Source: Candidatus Latescibacterota bacterium
GTDB taxonomy: Bacteria; Latescibacterota; UBA2968; GCA-2709665
Direction of reading: 5' to 3'
Assembly: GCA_965248435.1 (NCBI GenBank)
Contig: OZ252100.1
Location: 4,096,001 to 4,160,000, forward strand
DNA length: 64,000 bases
Below, piece by piece: positions 1 to 8,734 of the stretch (positions within the stretch are counted from its first letter, which is position 1; every line of letters starts with the position of its first letter). Under the pieces are notes generated by a model. That model was not told the origin of the DNA. It ran no database searches and was given only the letters and a program-made list of their open reading frames with translations. Both the position numbers and the translations under genes were made by a program.

Positions 1-74
1 GCAAAACGATCGCTATATTGGATGACGCTCTTGCTGGAATCCACACGCCTACAGCGAAATAGATAGGAGCAGAC

Positions 75-1010
75 ATGAAACGTGAAGAACTCAAACAGCT
101 TATCGTCGGACCGATCGCCACGGTACCGACGCCGTTTGACGACGAATACGAAGTCGACTACGGTCGCATGGCCGAACTGACGAAGTGGTGGGTGGAGAGC
201 GGGCTGGTGAAGGGGAAGGCGGTGATCAAGGTGTCCGCGGCGATGGGTGAGGGCCCGATGCTGAGCGACGAGGAATGGCCGGAGCTTCTGCGCACGACGG
301 TCGAGGCGGCGGATGACAAGGCGGCCATCGTCTGCGGGCTCCACTACAAAGACACGAAGCGCTCGATCGATGATGCGAAGCAGGCGCAGGACCTGGGGGC
401 GATCGCACTGCAAGTCTGCCCGCCGATCTTCAACCTGCCCTCGCAGGAAGACCTGCTGGACTTCTACAATGATCTGTCTGACGCGATCGACGTCGGGATT
501 TTGGTTTATGTCACGAAGAACATGAACTGCCCGTTCGACATGGGCACATACCGCAGAATGACCGACATCGAGAATATCGTCGCGGTCAAGTGGAGTCCTT
601 CTGCGGGCGAGGACGAGTATGAAGATATCTTCGAGTTCGTCGATACCTGGAACATCATCGACAACAGCCTGAGCGCCGTGCGCTGCCACAAGCTGGGCGG
701 GCGAGGGTATATCAACCACACCTCCGAGATCTATCCGCCTCACGACCTGAAGATCTGGGACCTGATGGAGAACAAGCAGTACGACGAAGCGCAGGCGCTG
801 CTCGACTCGGTGAACATCGAGCTGCGAAAGGTCTTTCAAAGGGTAGATGAGCGGACGGGAGGTCAGGGGATCGTGAAGAAGGGGATGATGGCAGTGATGG
901 GGCGGCCGTGTGGGGTGTCCCGCCCGCCGTCGAAGCCGATCAACGAGGAAGAGTTGGCCCAGCTTCGCGAGGTGCTGAAGGGCGCTGGCTGGCCGGTCCC
1001 GGACGCTTAA
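75..1010 (+). CDS. Dihydrodipicolinate synthase (DapA/NanA) family aldolase/lyase
   Basis: 311 aa; N-terminal TPF motif, GE motif, Schiff-base Lys region IVAVKWS; RBS GGAG upstream. Confidence 0.85.
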   Translation: MKREELKQLIVGPIATVPTPFDDEYEVDYGRMAELTKWWVESGLVKGKAVIKVSAAMGEGPMLSDEEWPELLRTTVEAADDKAAIVCGLHYKDTKRSIDDAKQAQDLGAIALQVCPPIFNLPSQEDLLDFYNDLSDAIDVGILVYVTKNMNCPFDMGTYRRMTDIENIVAVKWSPSAGEDEYEDIFEFVDTWNIIDNSLSAVRCHKLGGRGYINHTSEIYPPHDLKIWDLMENKQYDEAQALLDSVNIELRKVFQRVDERTGGQGIVKKGMMAVMGRPCGVSRPPSKPINEEELAQLREVLKGAGWPVPDA

Positions 1011-1071
1011 AGGAGCTTGCTGAGGGAGGATCATGAGGGGTTGCGTCAACAGGGCGCAGCCCCTTTTGACG
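1011..1071 (+). repeat. Dispersed hairpin element family A, copy 1 (GAGGGARGATC...GGGGTTGCG-loop-CGCAGCCCCTT)
   Basis: Visible similarity to 5944-6030, 8300-8360 and 15626-15730; hairpin followed by Ts, terminator-like. Confidence 0.8.
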
Positions 1072-1081
1072 GGGGCCACAA

Positions 1082-2695
1082 ATGAGCAGTGCGGAACATG
1101 GTCATCAAGAGCAGCGGCTCTCTCACTTTACCATTGAAAGAGCCGCAGACGCAATTATTTGGGTCGACACCGATTTTCGCCTTTTCCGCGTAAACGAGGC
1201 CGCGTGCCAGTTGTTCGGATATTCACGGGATGAGCTACTCTCCATGACAATTTATGACATCCTCGTCGGCTACTCGGCAGAAAGAGGGGCGAGGTACTGG
1301 GGGCGGCTAAAAAAAACACGCAAGCACAACTTCGAAGCCGAGTATCGCAGAAAAGATGGTCGTATTATTCCCGTAGGCGTCACAGGCAACTTTATCGAAT
1401 TCGATGGCAAGGAATACATTTGCAGCTTCGTTCGCGATCACACCGAGCGCAGAAGAACGGCGGAGAAATTAGAGGAAAACAGGCGATTCCTCTTGGATGC
1501 GCAGCGGGTCGCTCATCTCGGTATCTGGGAGTGGGATATTGCCGAAAACGTCGTCACATGGTCCGATGAGCTATACAATATTTATGGTCTGGACCCAGAA
1601 GAATTCGGGGCATCGTATGAAGGTTTCCTGGAACGCGTCCATCCCGATGATCGGGAACGTGTCAATGGTCTGATTGATGGGTCGTATCAAAACCGCACGC
1701 CGCTTGACTTCTATCACCGAATCGTTCGGTCGGATGGCACGATTCGCACGCTTCACGCGCGCGGAGAGGTTACTACGGATGAGGCCAATAATCCTATCCG
1801 GATGGTGGGAACGGGACTGGATGTTACGGAGCTTGTAGAGGCCGAAGAAGAGATTCGCAAGCTGAATGCTGGACTAGAACAGCGTGTGCACGAGCGTACC
1901 GCAGAGCTCGAAACTACGCTTCGCCGGCTCAGAGAGACCCAGAATCAACTGGTGTTGCGGGAGAAAATGGCGTCGCTCGGCAACCTCGTCGCTGGCGTGG
2001 CTCACGAGATCAACAATCCGATGGGGGCGGTCAAGAGCGCCTCGGATGTTTCGAGACGATGTGCCCAACAGCTGAAAGAAATCATTAAGCAGGGAAGCTC
2101 TGCGCAGGCCATCTTAGACAGCAGGCATTTTCAAACGGCGATAAGACTGCTTACGGAAAATGCCGAGATCGCAGTAGAGGGAAGCGATAGGATTGCGAAA
2201 ATCATTCGAAGCCTAAAAACTTTTGCCCGACTGGACGAGTCGGAGCTCGACGAGGCCGACATCCACGAGGGACTCGAGAGCACGCTGACTCTGTTGCAAC
2301 ACGAACTGAAGAACAAGATCGAGGTGATAAGAGACTATGGCGATGTTCAACGGATCAATTGCTACCCTCAGGAGCTGAACCAGGTTTTTATGAATCTTCT
2401 CTCGAACGCGATTCAGGCGATTGAGAAAAAAGGCACAATACGGATCAAGACCTCGACGGACGCGGTGAACGTCTATGTGAAGATCACGGACACGGGAAAT
2501 GGGATCCCGCCCGAGAACCTAGACAAAATCTTCGACCCCGGTTTTACAACCAAGGGAGTCGGTGTCGGAACCGGCCTAGGCTTGTCGATTAGTCATAATA
2601 TCATTCAGAAGCACCAGGGTAAAATAGCTGCGGAAAGTACGGTCGGCGAAGGAACGACGTTCACAATTACTTTGCCGACTGTTCCGAAAACGTAA
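1082..2695 (+). CDS. Cytoplasmic PAS-PAS sensor histidine kinase
   Basis: Two PAS/PAC domains; H-box AHEINNP; N box [11 protein letters not shown]; G boxes DTGNGI and GTGLGL. Confidence 0.92.
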   Translation: MSSAEHGHQEQRLSHFTIERAADAIIWVDTDFRLFRVNEAACQLFGYSRDELLSMTIYDILVGYSAERGARYWGRLKKTRKHNFEAEYRRKDGRIIPVGVTGNFIEFDGKEYICSFVRDHTERRRTAEKLEENRRFLLDAQRVAHLGIWEWDIAENVVTWSDELYNIYGLDPEEFGASYEGFLERVHPDDRERVNGLIDGSYQNRTPLDFYHRIVRSDGTIRTLHARGEVTTDEANNPIRMVGTGLDVTELVEAEEEIRKLNAGLEQRVHERTAELETTLRRLRETQNQLVLREKMASLGNLVAGVAHEINNPMGAVKSASDVSRRCAQQLKEIIKQGSSAQAILDSRHFQTAIRLLTENAEIAVEGSDRIAKIIRSLKTFARLDESELDEADIHEGLESTLTLLQHELKNKIEVIRDYGDVQRINCYPQELNQVFMNLLSNAIQAIEKKGTIRIKTSTDAVNVYVKITDTGNGIPPENLDKIFDPGFTTKGVGVGTGLGLSISHNIIQKHQGKIAAESTVGEGTTFTITLPTVPKT

Positions 2696-2816
2696 TACCC
2701 AAAGTCTTTATAACACCTCGCGGGGAGGCAGCGGCCGGTTAGGCATCGCGGAGGCCTTCGCAGTTCATCCGCAGCCATGCTATGCTGACAAATGATTAAG
2801 GGGGGATTCCAGAAAG

Positions 2817-3239
2817 ATGAAACACGCTATGCGTCTATTCGGACTTTCCGTTGTCTTGACAACGCTGGTTGGTTGCGCGAGCACAGGAAGATTTAGCTCG
2901 ACAAACCTGACGAACGTTGAGTTGTCTCAGAACAATTTTCGTGTTATCGCTTCAAATGTGTATGGAGAGGCATCAGCAGATTACCTGCTTGGATTGAGCT
3001 TTGCTCAGGGCGGGGAAACGCACACTATAGCACTTATACCCCTTGGGGGTGACCGCATGCTTTACAAAGTAGCGTTGGAAAACTTGTGGCGCAACTTCGA
3101 GCAGACACACGGGAACATCGAGGGGCGGAGTCTTGCGTTGGCAAATGTTCGATTCGACTCCGACGCGCAGAACGTGCTTCTTCTTTACACAAAGCCAAAA
3201 ATTTCTGTTCGAGCAGATGTCATTGAGTTTGTCGAGTAA
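2817..3239 (+). CDS. Putative lipoprotein (DUF6567-like)
   Basis: Signal peptide with lipobox LVGC; 140 aa. Confidence 0.7.
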   Translation: MKHAMRLFGLSVVLTTLVGCASTGRFSSTNLTNVELSQNNFRVIASNVYGEASADYLLGLSFAQGGETHTIALIPLGGDRMLYKVALENLWRNFEQTHGNIEGRSLALANVRFDSDAQNVLLLYTKPKISVRADVIEFVE

Positions 3240-3351
3240 CATTGAATACAGTATGTTGTGCTCGCAAACCAAATGATAACCGTGGGGCGGTATCCTGTGA
3301 GAATCAGCTCTGTCTGGGGAATTATACTGACCTGCATAATTCATGTTAGAC
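3234..3351 (+). mobile_element. Integron att-like site (long attC or attI-like) ending GTTAGAC
   Basis: TAAC overlaps the upstream stop codon; GCATAA-5nt-GTTAGAC at the 3' end; about 70 bp shared with 8540-8609. Confidence 0.5.
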
Positions 3352-3402
3352 CGAGAGAAACCTCAACGCCGCTGCTGCTCCAGTTAGAAATGGAGAAACA
3401 CG

Positions 3403-4278
3403 ATGGAAGCAACGCAAGTAGACATCGATCCAAATGAAGAGATCGGTTTCATGAACATCGACGAAACCGGTTTCAGCAAATTCACGTTGGGAAAACAAAT
3501 CCGCCATCTCGAGGTGGAAGGCTATGTTGTTCTGCCGGACGTGCTCGACGCAGAGCTCATGGAGGAGATCAAGGCGGAGATGGCCGATGCACCCATGCAG
3601 ACCAAGGATTACAGCGACGCGCAGACCTACTGCTTGGAACCGCAGTGGCGCAGCCGAGCGCTGGCCAAGTTGATCGCACACCCTCCGGTGATCAAATTCC
3701 TGGAGGTCCTGCTCGGGACGGATATCGTGTTCACCCGGGGGCTTTTTACCCGCACGCTGTCCGGCTCGCCGCCCATCTCTTTGCATACGGACGGCCAGCC
3801 ATTCGGCTCCTCCATCTTCGGATACGAGGGGAGTTCGCCTCGCCTGCTTCGCGTACTTTACTACCTCGACGACCTGACACCCGAGCGAGCTCCGTTCCGT
3901 CTGGTGCCTCGCTCCCACCTGTCCTTTCACGCCGAGGCCAATCCCTACGTGCGCTATAAGTGGCATCCCGGTGAGGTTACCTTGTGTCCGAAGGCCGGCA
4001 CGGCGTTGATCATTCCCATCAATCTGTTCCACGGCACCCATCCCAACAGGGCGCGTTCGCAGCGCACTCTCGTCCAGTACGGTTACCGTCCCTCCTGGGC
4101 CGGGCCGATCAAGCCGATGGACGAGTGGGAGCCGGACCTCGTGGCCGCAGCGCCACCGGAAGCCAGGCGTTTACTGCAGAGTCCAAACACGACCGGCGTG
4201 GAATGGGACCAGCCACACAAACCCAGAGGCATGAAAATGGACGCGCCCGCCCTTAATCCGAAACGATGGGAGCGCTGA
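3403..4278 (+). CDS. Phytanoyl-CoA dioxygenase (PhyH) family Fe(II)/2OG dioxygenase
   Basis: EGYVVL start motif, HTD iron ligands, distal H in FHG. Confidence 0.85.
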   Translation: MEATQVDIDPNEEIGFMNIDETGFSKFTLGKQIRHLEVEGYVVLPDVLDAELMEEIKAEMADAPMQTKDYSDAQTYCLEPQWRSRALAKLIAHPPVIKFLEVLLGTDIVFTRGLFTRTLSGSPPISLHTDGQPFGSSIFGYEGSSPRLLRVLYYLDDLTPERAPFRLVPRSHLSFHAEANPYVRYKWHPGEVTLCPKAGTALIIPINLFHGTHPNRARSQRTLVQYGYRPSWAGPIKPMDEWEPDLVAAAPPEARRLLQSPNTTGVEWDQPHKPRGMKMDAPALNPKRWER

Positions 4279-4288
4279 GGAACGGTCT

Positions 4289-5866
4289 ATGAAGCAAACA
4301 GACTACACTTCACGTGTTCCAAGAACCACGTTCGCTGACACGCTGGAAGAGCAAGAAGCGCAACTGAGGACGAATCCCCTGATCCAACGGTTTGTCGAGT
4401 CACGTAGAAAGATGTCCGCGGATCCCTATCGCCCGATATACCATTACGTCAACCCAGAGAACCGCCTGAACGATCCAAACGGGCTGTGCTTTTGGCAAGG
4501 CCGTTGGCACCTCTTCTACCAGGCGTTTCCGCCGGAAGATTCGCGCCTGCACTGGGGACACGCCGTGAGCGATGATCTGGTCCACTGGCGAGACCTCCCC
4601 TATGCCATTCATCCTGATCCGGAAGAGGGCTGTTGGTCCGGTGCCACGCTGGTTGAAGCGTCCCGAGTGATTGCCATGTATCACGGGAATCAGGCCGGCA
4701 ACATGGTGGCCATATCCAGCGACCCCCTGTTGCTGAACTGGGAGAAGGTGACCGGCCAGCCGGTCATCCCCATCCGCAATCCTGATGGGACCCCTCCTCC
4801 TTACCGAGTATTCGATCCGTGCATCTGGAAGAAGGACGGCACGTACTACTCGCTTTCGGGAGGCACTCTGCCAGACGGACCCGGCGGCAAGATCGTCCGG
4901 GCCAATTTTCTGTTTCGCTCGAGGGATTTGACGAGGTGGGAGTATCTGCACCCGTTTGTTGAGGGCGACCGGTTCACGTTGGTCGGCGATGACGGCGCTT
5001 GTCCGTACTTCTGGCCGATCGGTGACCGTCACATCCTTCTGTTCTTCAGCCACATGAGCGGCGGACAGTACCTGTTGGGCGACTACGACCGGCAGCGCGA
5101 CAAATTCGTCGTCACGAATCACGGCAGGTTCAATTTCGGCTCGTATGACCCGGCCGGCGTACATGCGCCGTCCGCGACACCTGACGGCGAGGGAGGAATC
5201 ATCGTCATCTTCAACATGAATCCCGGCAAGCCCACCGAAGGCTGGAATCAAATCATGACGCTGCCGAGACGCTTGACGCTGATATCAGAAGACGAAGTGG
5301 GGATCGAGCTTGCTGGAGACGTCGCATCGCTGCGCCGCGATCATCAGCATGTCGACGCAATGGGGCTCCCCGCGAATCAGGAAGTGGTCCTTGAGAACAT
5401 CCGCGGCAACGCGATGGAAATCGTCGCGGAAATCGATCCGAAAGGCGCGCCGATCGTCGAAATGAACGTGTTACGATCTCCGAACAAGCAAGAATTCACC
5501 CGCATCGCGTTCTTCAGGGAGCGGGGTTACAAGAACCGGAAACACAGAACGGGTCCTCGATACAGCTTGATTACTGTAGATTCATGCTATTCGTCGCTCT
5601 GTCCGGATGTGGTCTCGCGTGCACCCGAGACGGGCCCGGTTGCCATTGAACCAGACGAGTTTCTTCAGCTACACGTCTTCATTGACCGCAGTGTCGTCGA
5701 GGTATTCGTCAACGGGAAGCAATGCATTGCGGTGCGTGTCTACCCCGACCGCGAGGATAGTGTCGGCGTATCGCTACGCTCCCAAGGCAGCGACGCTGAG
5801 CTCAAATCGTTCGATGCTTGGCAGATGGAGAATATCTATGAGCAAGCGCCCCGGACAGATACATGA
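4289..5866 (+). CDS. Glycoside hydrolase family 32-like protein
   Basis: NDPNG nucleophile motif, WHLFYQ, HWGHAVSDDL, C-terminal VFIDRSVVEVF. Confidence 0.88.
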   Translation: MKQTDYTSRVPRTTFADTLEEQEAQLRTNPLIQRFVESRRKMSADPYRPIYHYVNPENRLNDPNGLCFWQGRWHLFYQAFPPEDSRLHWGHAVSDDLVHWRDLPYAIHPDPEEGCWSGATLVEASRVIAMYHGNQAGNMVAISSDPLLLNWEKVTGQPVIPIRNPDGTPPPYRVFDPCIWKKDGTYYSLSGGTLPDGPGGKIVRANFLFRSRDLTRWEYLHPFVEGDRFTLVGDDGACPYFWPIGDRHILLFFSHMSGGQYLLGDYDRQRDKFVVTNHGRFNFGSYDPAGVHAPSATPDGEGGIIVIFNMNPGKPTEGWNQIMTLPRRLTLISEDEVGIELAGDVASLRRDHQHVDAMGLPANQEVVLENIRGNAMEIVAEIDPKGAPIVEMNVLRSPNKQEFTRIAFFRERGYKNRKHRTGPRYSLITVDSCYSSLCPDVVSRAPETGPVAIEPDEFLQLHVFIDRSVVEVFVNGKQCIAVRVYPDREDSVGVSLRSQGSDAELKSFDAWQMENIYEQAPRTDT

Positions 5867-5867
5867 C

Positions 5868-5926
5868 CTCTGACAAGCAGGATGCAGGAGACGGCTTACA
5901 GCCGCGCCTGATCCGCGACGTTAGGG
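5868..5926 (+). mobile_element. attC-like integron cassette site with a degenerate R'' box
   Basis: CTCTGAC AAGCAGGATGCAG...CTGATCCGCGAC GTTAGGG; typical short attC layout directly after a stop codon. Confidence 0.65.
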
Positions 5927-5943
5927 GGAGGGTCCCCGTCTAG

Positions 5944-6030
5944 AAGTCAAATGGAAGATGTCCGTAGAGGTCCGATTTGCCGAGGGAAGATCAACAGGGG
6001 GTTGCGTCAACACGGCGCAGCCCCTTGTAT
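5944..6030 (+). repeat. Hairpin element family A, copy 2
   Basis: ATGTCCGTAGAGG...GAGGGAAGATCA..GGGGGTTGCG..CGCAGCCCCTT, matches the 15626-15730 copy. Confidence 0.8.
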
Positions 6031-6068
6031 GTATAGAAGTCACGATCCAACCCAGGAGGTAAGTTACT

Positions 6069-6437
6069 ATGACCACTATGTCGCTTCAAAAGTCGGCAGA
6101 ATGGAAGATCGGTCTCCGGACCTACTTCGAGTACCGCGATCTCGGCATCCTAAAGGCCACAAAGGGCAAGGTCCTCGCGCACGTCATCCGTGCCACAGAA
6201 CCCTGCCCTGGTCCCGGTGGCAATCACACGCATGATGTGGAGTTCCAGATGAACTACATCCTGAACGGCTGGACCCGGGTCGAATTCGAGGATGTAGGTG
6301 AGGTCCGCTTCGAGGCCGGTGACGCCTGGCTCCAGGAGCCTAACATGAAACACGAAGTCCTGGAATTCTCCGACGATTTCGAAACGATCGAGATCTGTAT
6401 GCCGGCGGAATTCCCGACCCAGGACGCGCAACGCTGA
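6069..6437 (+). CDS. Cupin domain protein
   Basis: HTHDVEFQMNYILNG and GDAWLQEPNMKH cupin motifs; RBS AGGAGG. Confidence 0.85.
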   Translation: MTTMSLQKSAEWKIGLRTYFEYRDLGILKATKGKVLAHVIRATEPCPGPGGNHTHDVEFQMNYILNGWTRVEFEDVGEVRFEAGDAWLQEPNMKHEVLEFSDDFETIEICMPAEFPTQDAQR

Positions 6438-6445
6438 GGTGACAG

Positions 6446-7213
6446 ATGGGAAGGCTTGATGGCAAGGTAGCGGCGGTGACTGGCGGCGCATCGGGCATTG
6501 GCGAAGCTACGGTTCGGCTCTTCGTGGAAGAGGGCGCAAGGGTGGCCTTTGCAGATCGCGATGGCGCCCGCGGCGCCGAAGTGGCGAAAGAGATCCAGGC
6601 GAGCGGCGGAGAGGTGCTGTTCGTGGAGACCCACGTCGAGCGCGAGGTCGACGCGATCGCCTTCGTCGAGCGTGCGGTAGAACAGTTCGGTCAGCTCAAT
6701 ATCCTTGTCAATAACGCCGCCATCCGTCTCTACCAGGACGTGACCGAAGCCAGCGAGGAGAGCTGGGACACTATTCTGGGGGTGAACGTCAAGGGTTACG
6801 CCTTCTGCGCTAAGGCTGCCATTCCTGCGATGCGCCGCACGGGGAGCGGAAGCATCGTCAACATCGCCTCCAACAATGCGATTGTCGCGGGCGACAACAC
6901 GGTCCAGTACGATACCACGAAGGCGGCGGTCGCCGGCTTGACGCGCGGCATGGCCCGGGCTCACGCGGCCGACGGCATCCGGGTCAATGCGGTGTGTCCG
7001 GGACCGACATTTACGCCCTTTCACGCGCACCGTGCCGACGTGGCCGGGAAGACTCACGAAGAATTCAAGGAAGAATTCGGACAGCCCGTGATGCTCAAGC
7101 GGCCGGGGACACCCCAGGAGATCGCCGCGGGTGTCCTGTTCCTGGCTTCCGACGACGCGTCGTTCGTTACCGGCACCTGCCTGTTTGTGGACGGCGGTCA
7201 GTCGGCTATGTGA
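6446..7213 (+). CDS. Short-chain dehydrogenase/reductase (SDR)
   Basis: TGGASGIG, NNA, YDTTK (YxxxK), IRVNAVCPG. Confidence 0.92.
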   Translation: MGRLDGKVAAVTGGASGIGEATVRLFVEEGARVAFADRDGARGAEVAKEIQASGGEVLFVETHVEREVDAIAFVERAVEQFGQLNILVNNAAIRLYQDVTEASEESWDTILGVNVKGYAFCAKAAIPAMRRTGSGSIVNIASNNAIVAGDNTVQYDTTKAAVAGLTRGMARAHAADGIRVNAVCPGPTFTPFHAHRADVAGKTHEEFKEEFGQPVMLKRPGTPQEIAAGVLFLASDDASFVTGTCLFVDGGQSAM

Positions 7214-7344
7214 GGTCGCTAAAGCGCAAAAGAAAATCGGTAGGACAAGGGAAAGCGGCAGTGGAATAGAAACGGCTTTGTGTTTCGCGCCCAAAATTCC
7301 GCTTCAGAACCCGCCTTTTAGAACGGAGTCCCGGAGACACGATC

Positions 7345-7373
7345 TTGCAATCGCCAAGGGGCTTTACTATACT
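7345..7373 (+). promoter_or_regulatory. Sigma70-type promoter TTGCAA-N17-TATACT
   Basis: Consensus spacing; similar copy at 8420-8448. Confidence 0.6.
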
Positions 7374-7469
7374 CCAGCAGCAGTCATACCGATTATGCTG
7401 ACTCGCAGAATTCATGCCACAAGGGCATTCATCCCCTACGGACAATGCAGTACCTCTTAAACAAAATAT

Positions 7470-7685
7470 ATGAACCCTAAACAAAGTCCAAACCATCGAC
7501 TATATATTGAAGTCCTACGCAAGATGACTCCTGAAAGGAGACTGTTAAAAGCGTTCGAGCTATCTTCTTTCTCCAATCAGCTTTTCGTCCACGGCTTAAG
7601 AAAGAGATATGCCGATGCCTCAGGCGTAGAGTTTGCTGAAATTCTCAAGGATCGTCTGAACAAATGTCACAACAGGAATTATTAA
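7470..7685 (+). CDS. Small protein, putative partner (antitoxin-like) of the downstream nucleotidyltransferase
   Basis: 71 aa basic helical ORF overlapping the next gene; MTPERRLLKAFELS motif. Confidence 0.65.
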   Translation: MNPKQSPNHRLYIEVLRKMTPERRLLKAFELSSFSNQLFVHGLRKRYADASGVEFAEILKDRLNKCHNRNY

Positions 7686-8230
7686 GAAAGGTCATCGAAA
7701 CGCTCGACCGGAGTGGCATCGATTATATGGTCTCCGGATCTGTGGCTTCGAGTTTACAAGGGGAACCCCGATCGACGCATGACATTGATGTTGTAGTTTC
7801 TATTCAAGAAACCGACGTCGAGACACTGGTCGGAGCCTTTCTTCCTCCCACATACTATCTTGATGCAGAATCCATACGAGAAGCGATATCCCGTCGGTCG
7901 ATGTTCAACCTGACAGACGTCTTAGAGGGAGACAAAGCTGACTTTTGGATCTTGACCGATCAACCGTTCGATCAGTCTCGTTTTGCTCGTAAGTATGTAG
8001 AAGACGTGTTGGGTATGAGACTAACAGTATCCAGTCCCGAAGACACGATACTTGCCAAATTGCAGTGGGCATTGAAGTCGGGAGGTAGTGAGAAACAGTT
8101 CATAGATGCCCTTCGCGTCTTTGAAGTTCAACATGGCAACCTGGACCTGGCTTACCTGACTAGATGGACGGTAGATCTCGGGATTGAGGAAATGTGGAAG
8201 CGCCTGCTAGATGAGGCCGAAATCATATAG
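7664..8230 (+). CDS. Pol-beta-superfamily nucleotidyltransferase (AbiEii/DUF6036-like)
   Basis: GSVASSLQGEPRSTHDIDVVV (GS...DxD), SPEDTILAKL. Confidence 0.8.
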   Translation: MSQQELLRKVIETLDRSGIDYMVSGSVASSLQGEPRSTHDIDVVVSIQETDVETLVGAFLPPTYYLDAESIREAISRRSMFNLTDVLEGDKADFWILTDQPFDQSRFARKYVEDVLGMRLTVSSPEDTILAKLQWALKSGGSEKQFIDALRVFEVQHGNLDLAYLTRWTVDLGIEEMWKRLLDEAEII

Positions 8231-8299
8231 ACGGGCAATGGTGTAGTCCCAGCAAAACAGACGCGCTGACGTGACGCGCGCTAAAGTTACTCCGATGGA

Positions 8300-8360
8300 A
8301 GAGGATCAGGGGTTGCGTCAGCACGGCGCAGCCCCTTATGTCTGTCTGGATTGACGACGA
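8300..8360 (+). repeat. Hairpin element family A, copy 3
   Basis: GGATCAGGGGTTGCGTCAGCACGGCGCAGCCCCTT followed by TCTGTCTGGATTGACG, as in copy 4. Confidence 0.8.
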
Positions 8361-8419
8361 GACGCTTGGATGAATGCTGGAGTTGTGCAAATGCCCTCTC
8401 GACGCAAAGGATCGGGATG

Positions 8420-8448
8420 TTGCAGTCGGTAGGACGCTTTGCTATACT
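8420..8448 (+). promoter_or_regulatory. Sigma70-type promoter TTGCAG-N17-TATACT with extended TG
   Basis: Consensus spacing; similar to 7345-7373. Confidence 0.6.
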
Positions 8449-8458
8449 GTAACAATCG

Positions 8459-8609
8459 CCCTAACATCACCCATGGGGACTTTGTCAGATTGTCAAGTCC
8501 ATTTGGGTGTAGGAAGCGTGAGATCACAAAGAGGATGAAACCGTGGGGAGTATCCTGCTAGAATCAGCATTGTTTGGGAGTTATACTGAGCCGCATAACT
8601 CTGTTAGAT
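8459..8609 (+). mobile_element. Integron att-like site (long attC or attI-like) CCCTAAC...GCATAACTCTGTTAGAT
   Basis: CCCTAAC (R''-like) and GTTAGAT (GTTRRRY) boxes; 3' 70 bp similar to 3280-3351. Confidence 0.5.
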
Positions 8610-8734
8610 TGCTTGTTCGGGTAGCTTGATGGGCACGACGTGGCCTTATCCGATTGAATACGCCATCGTCCTGGCGATTGCCGTGGACTGCCTTGCCTTC
8701 TGCGTGCCTGGTGCGATCGTTCTAAACCTGGTTA

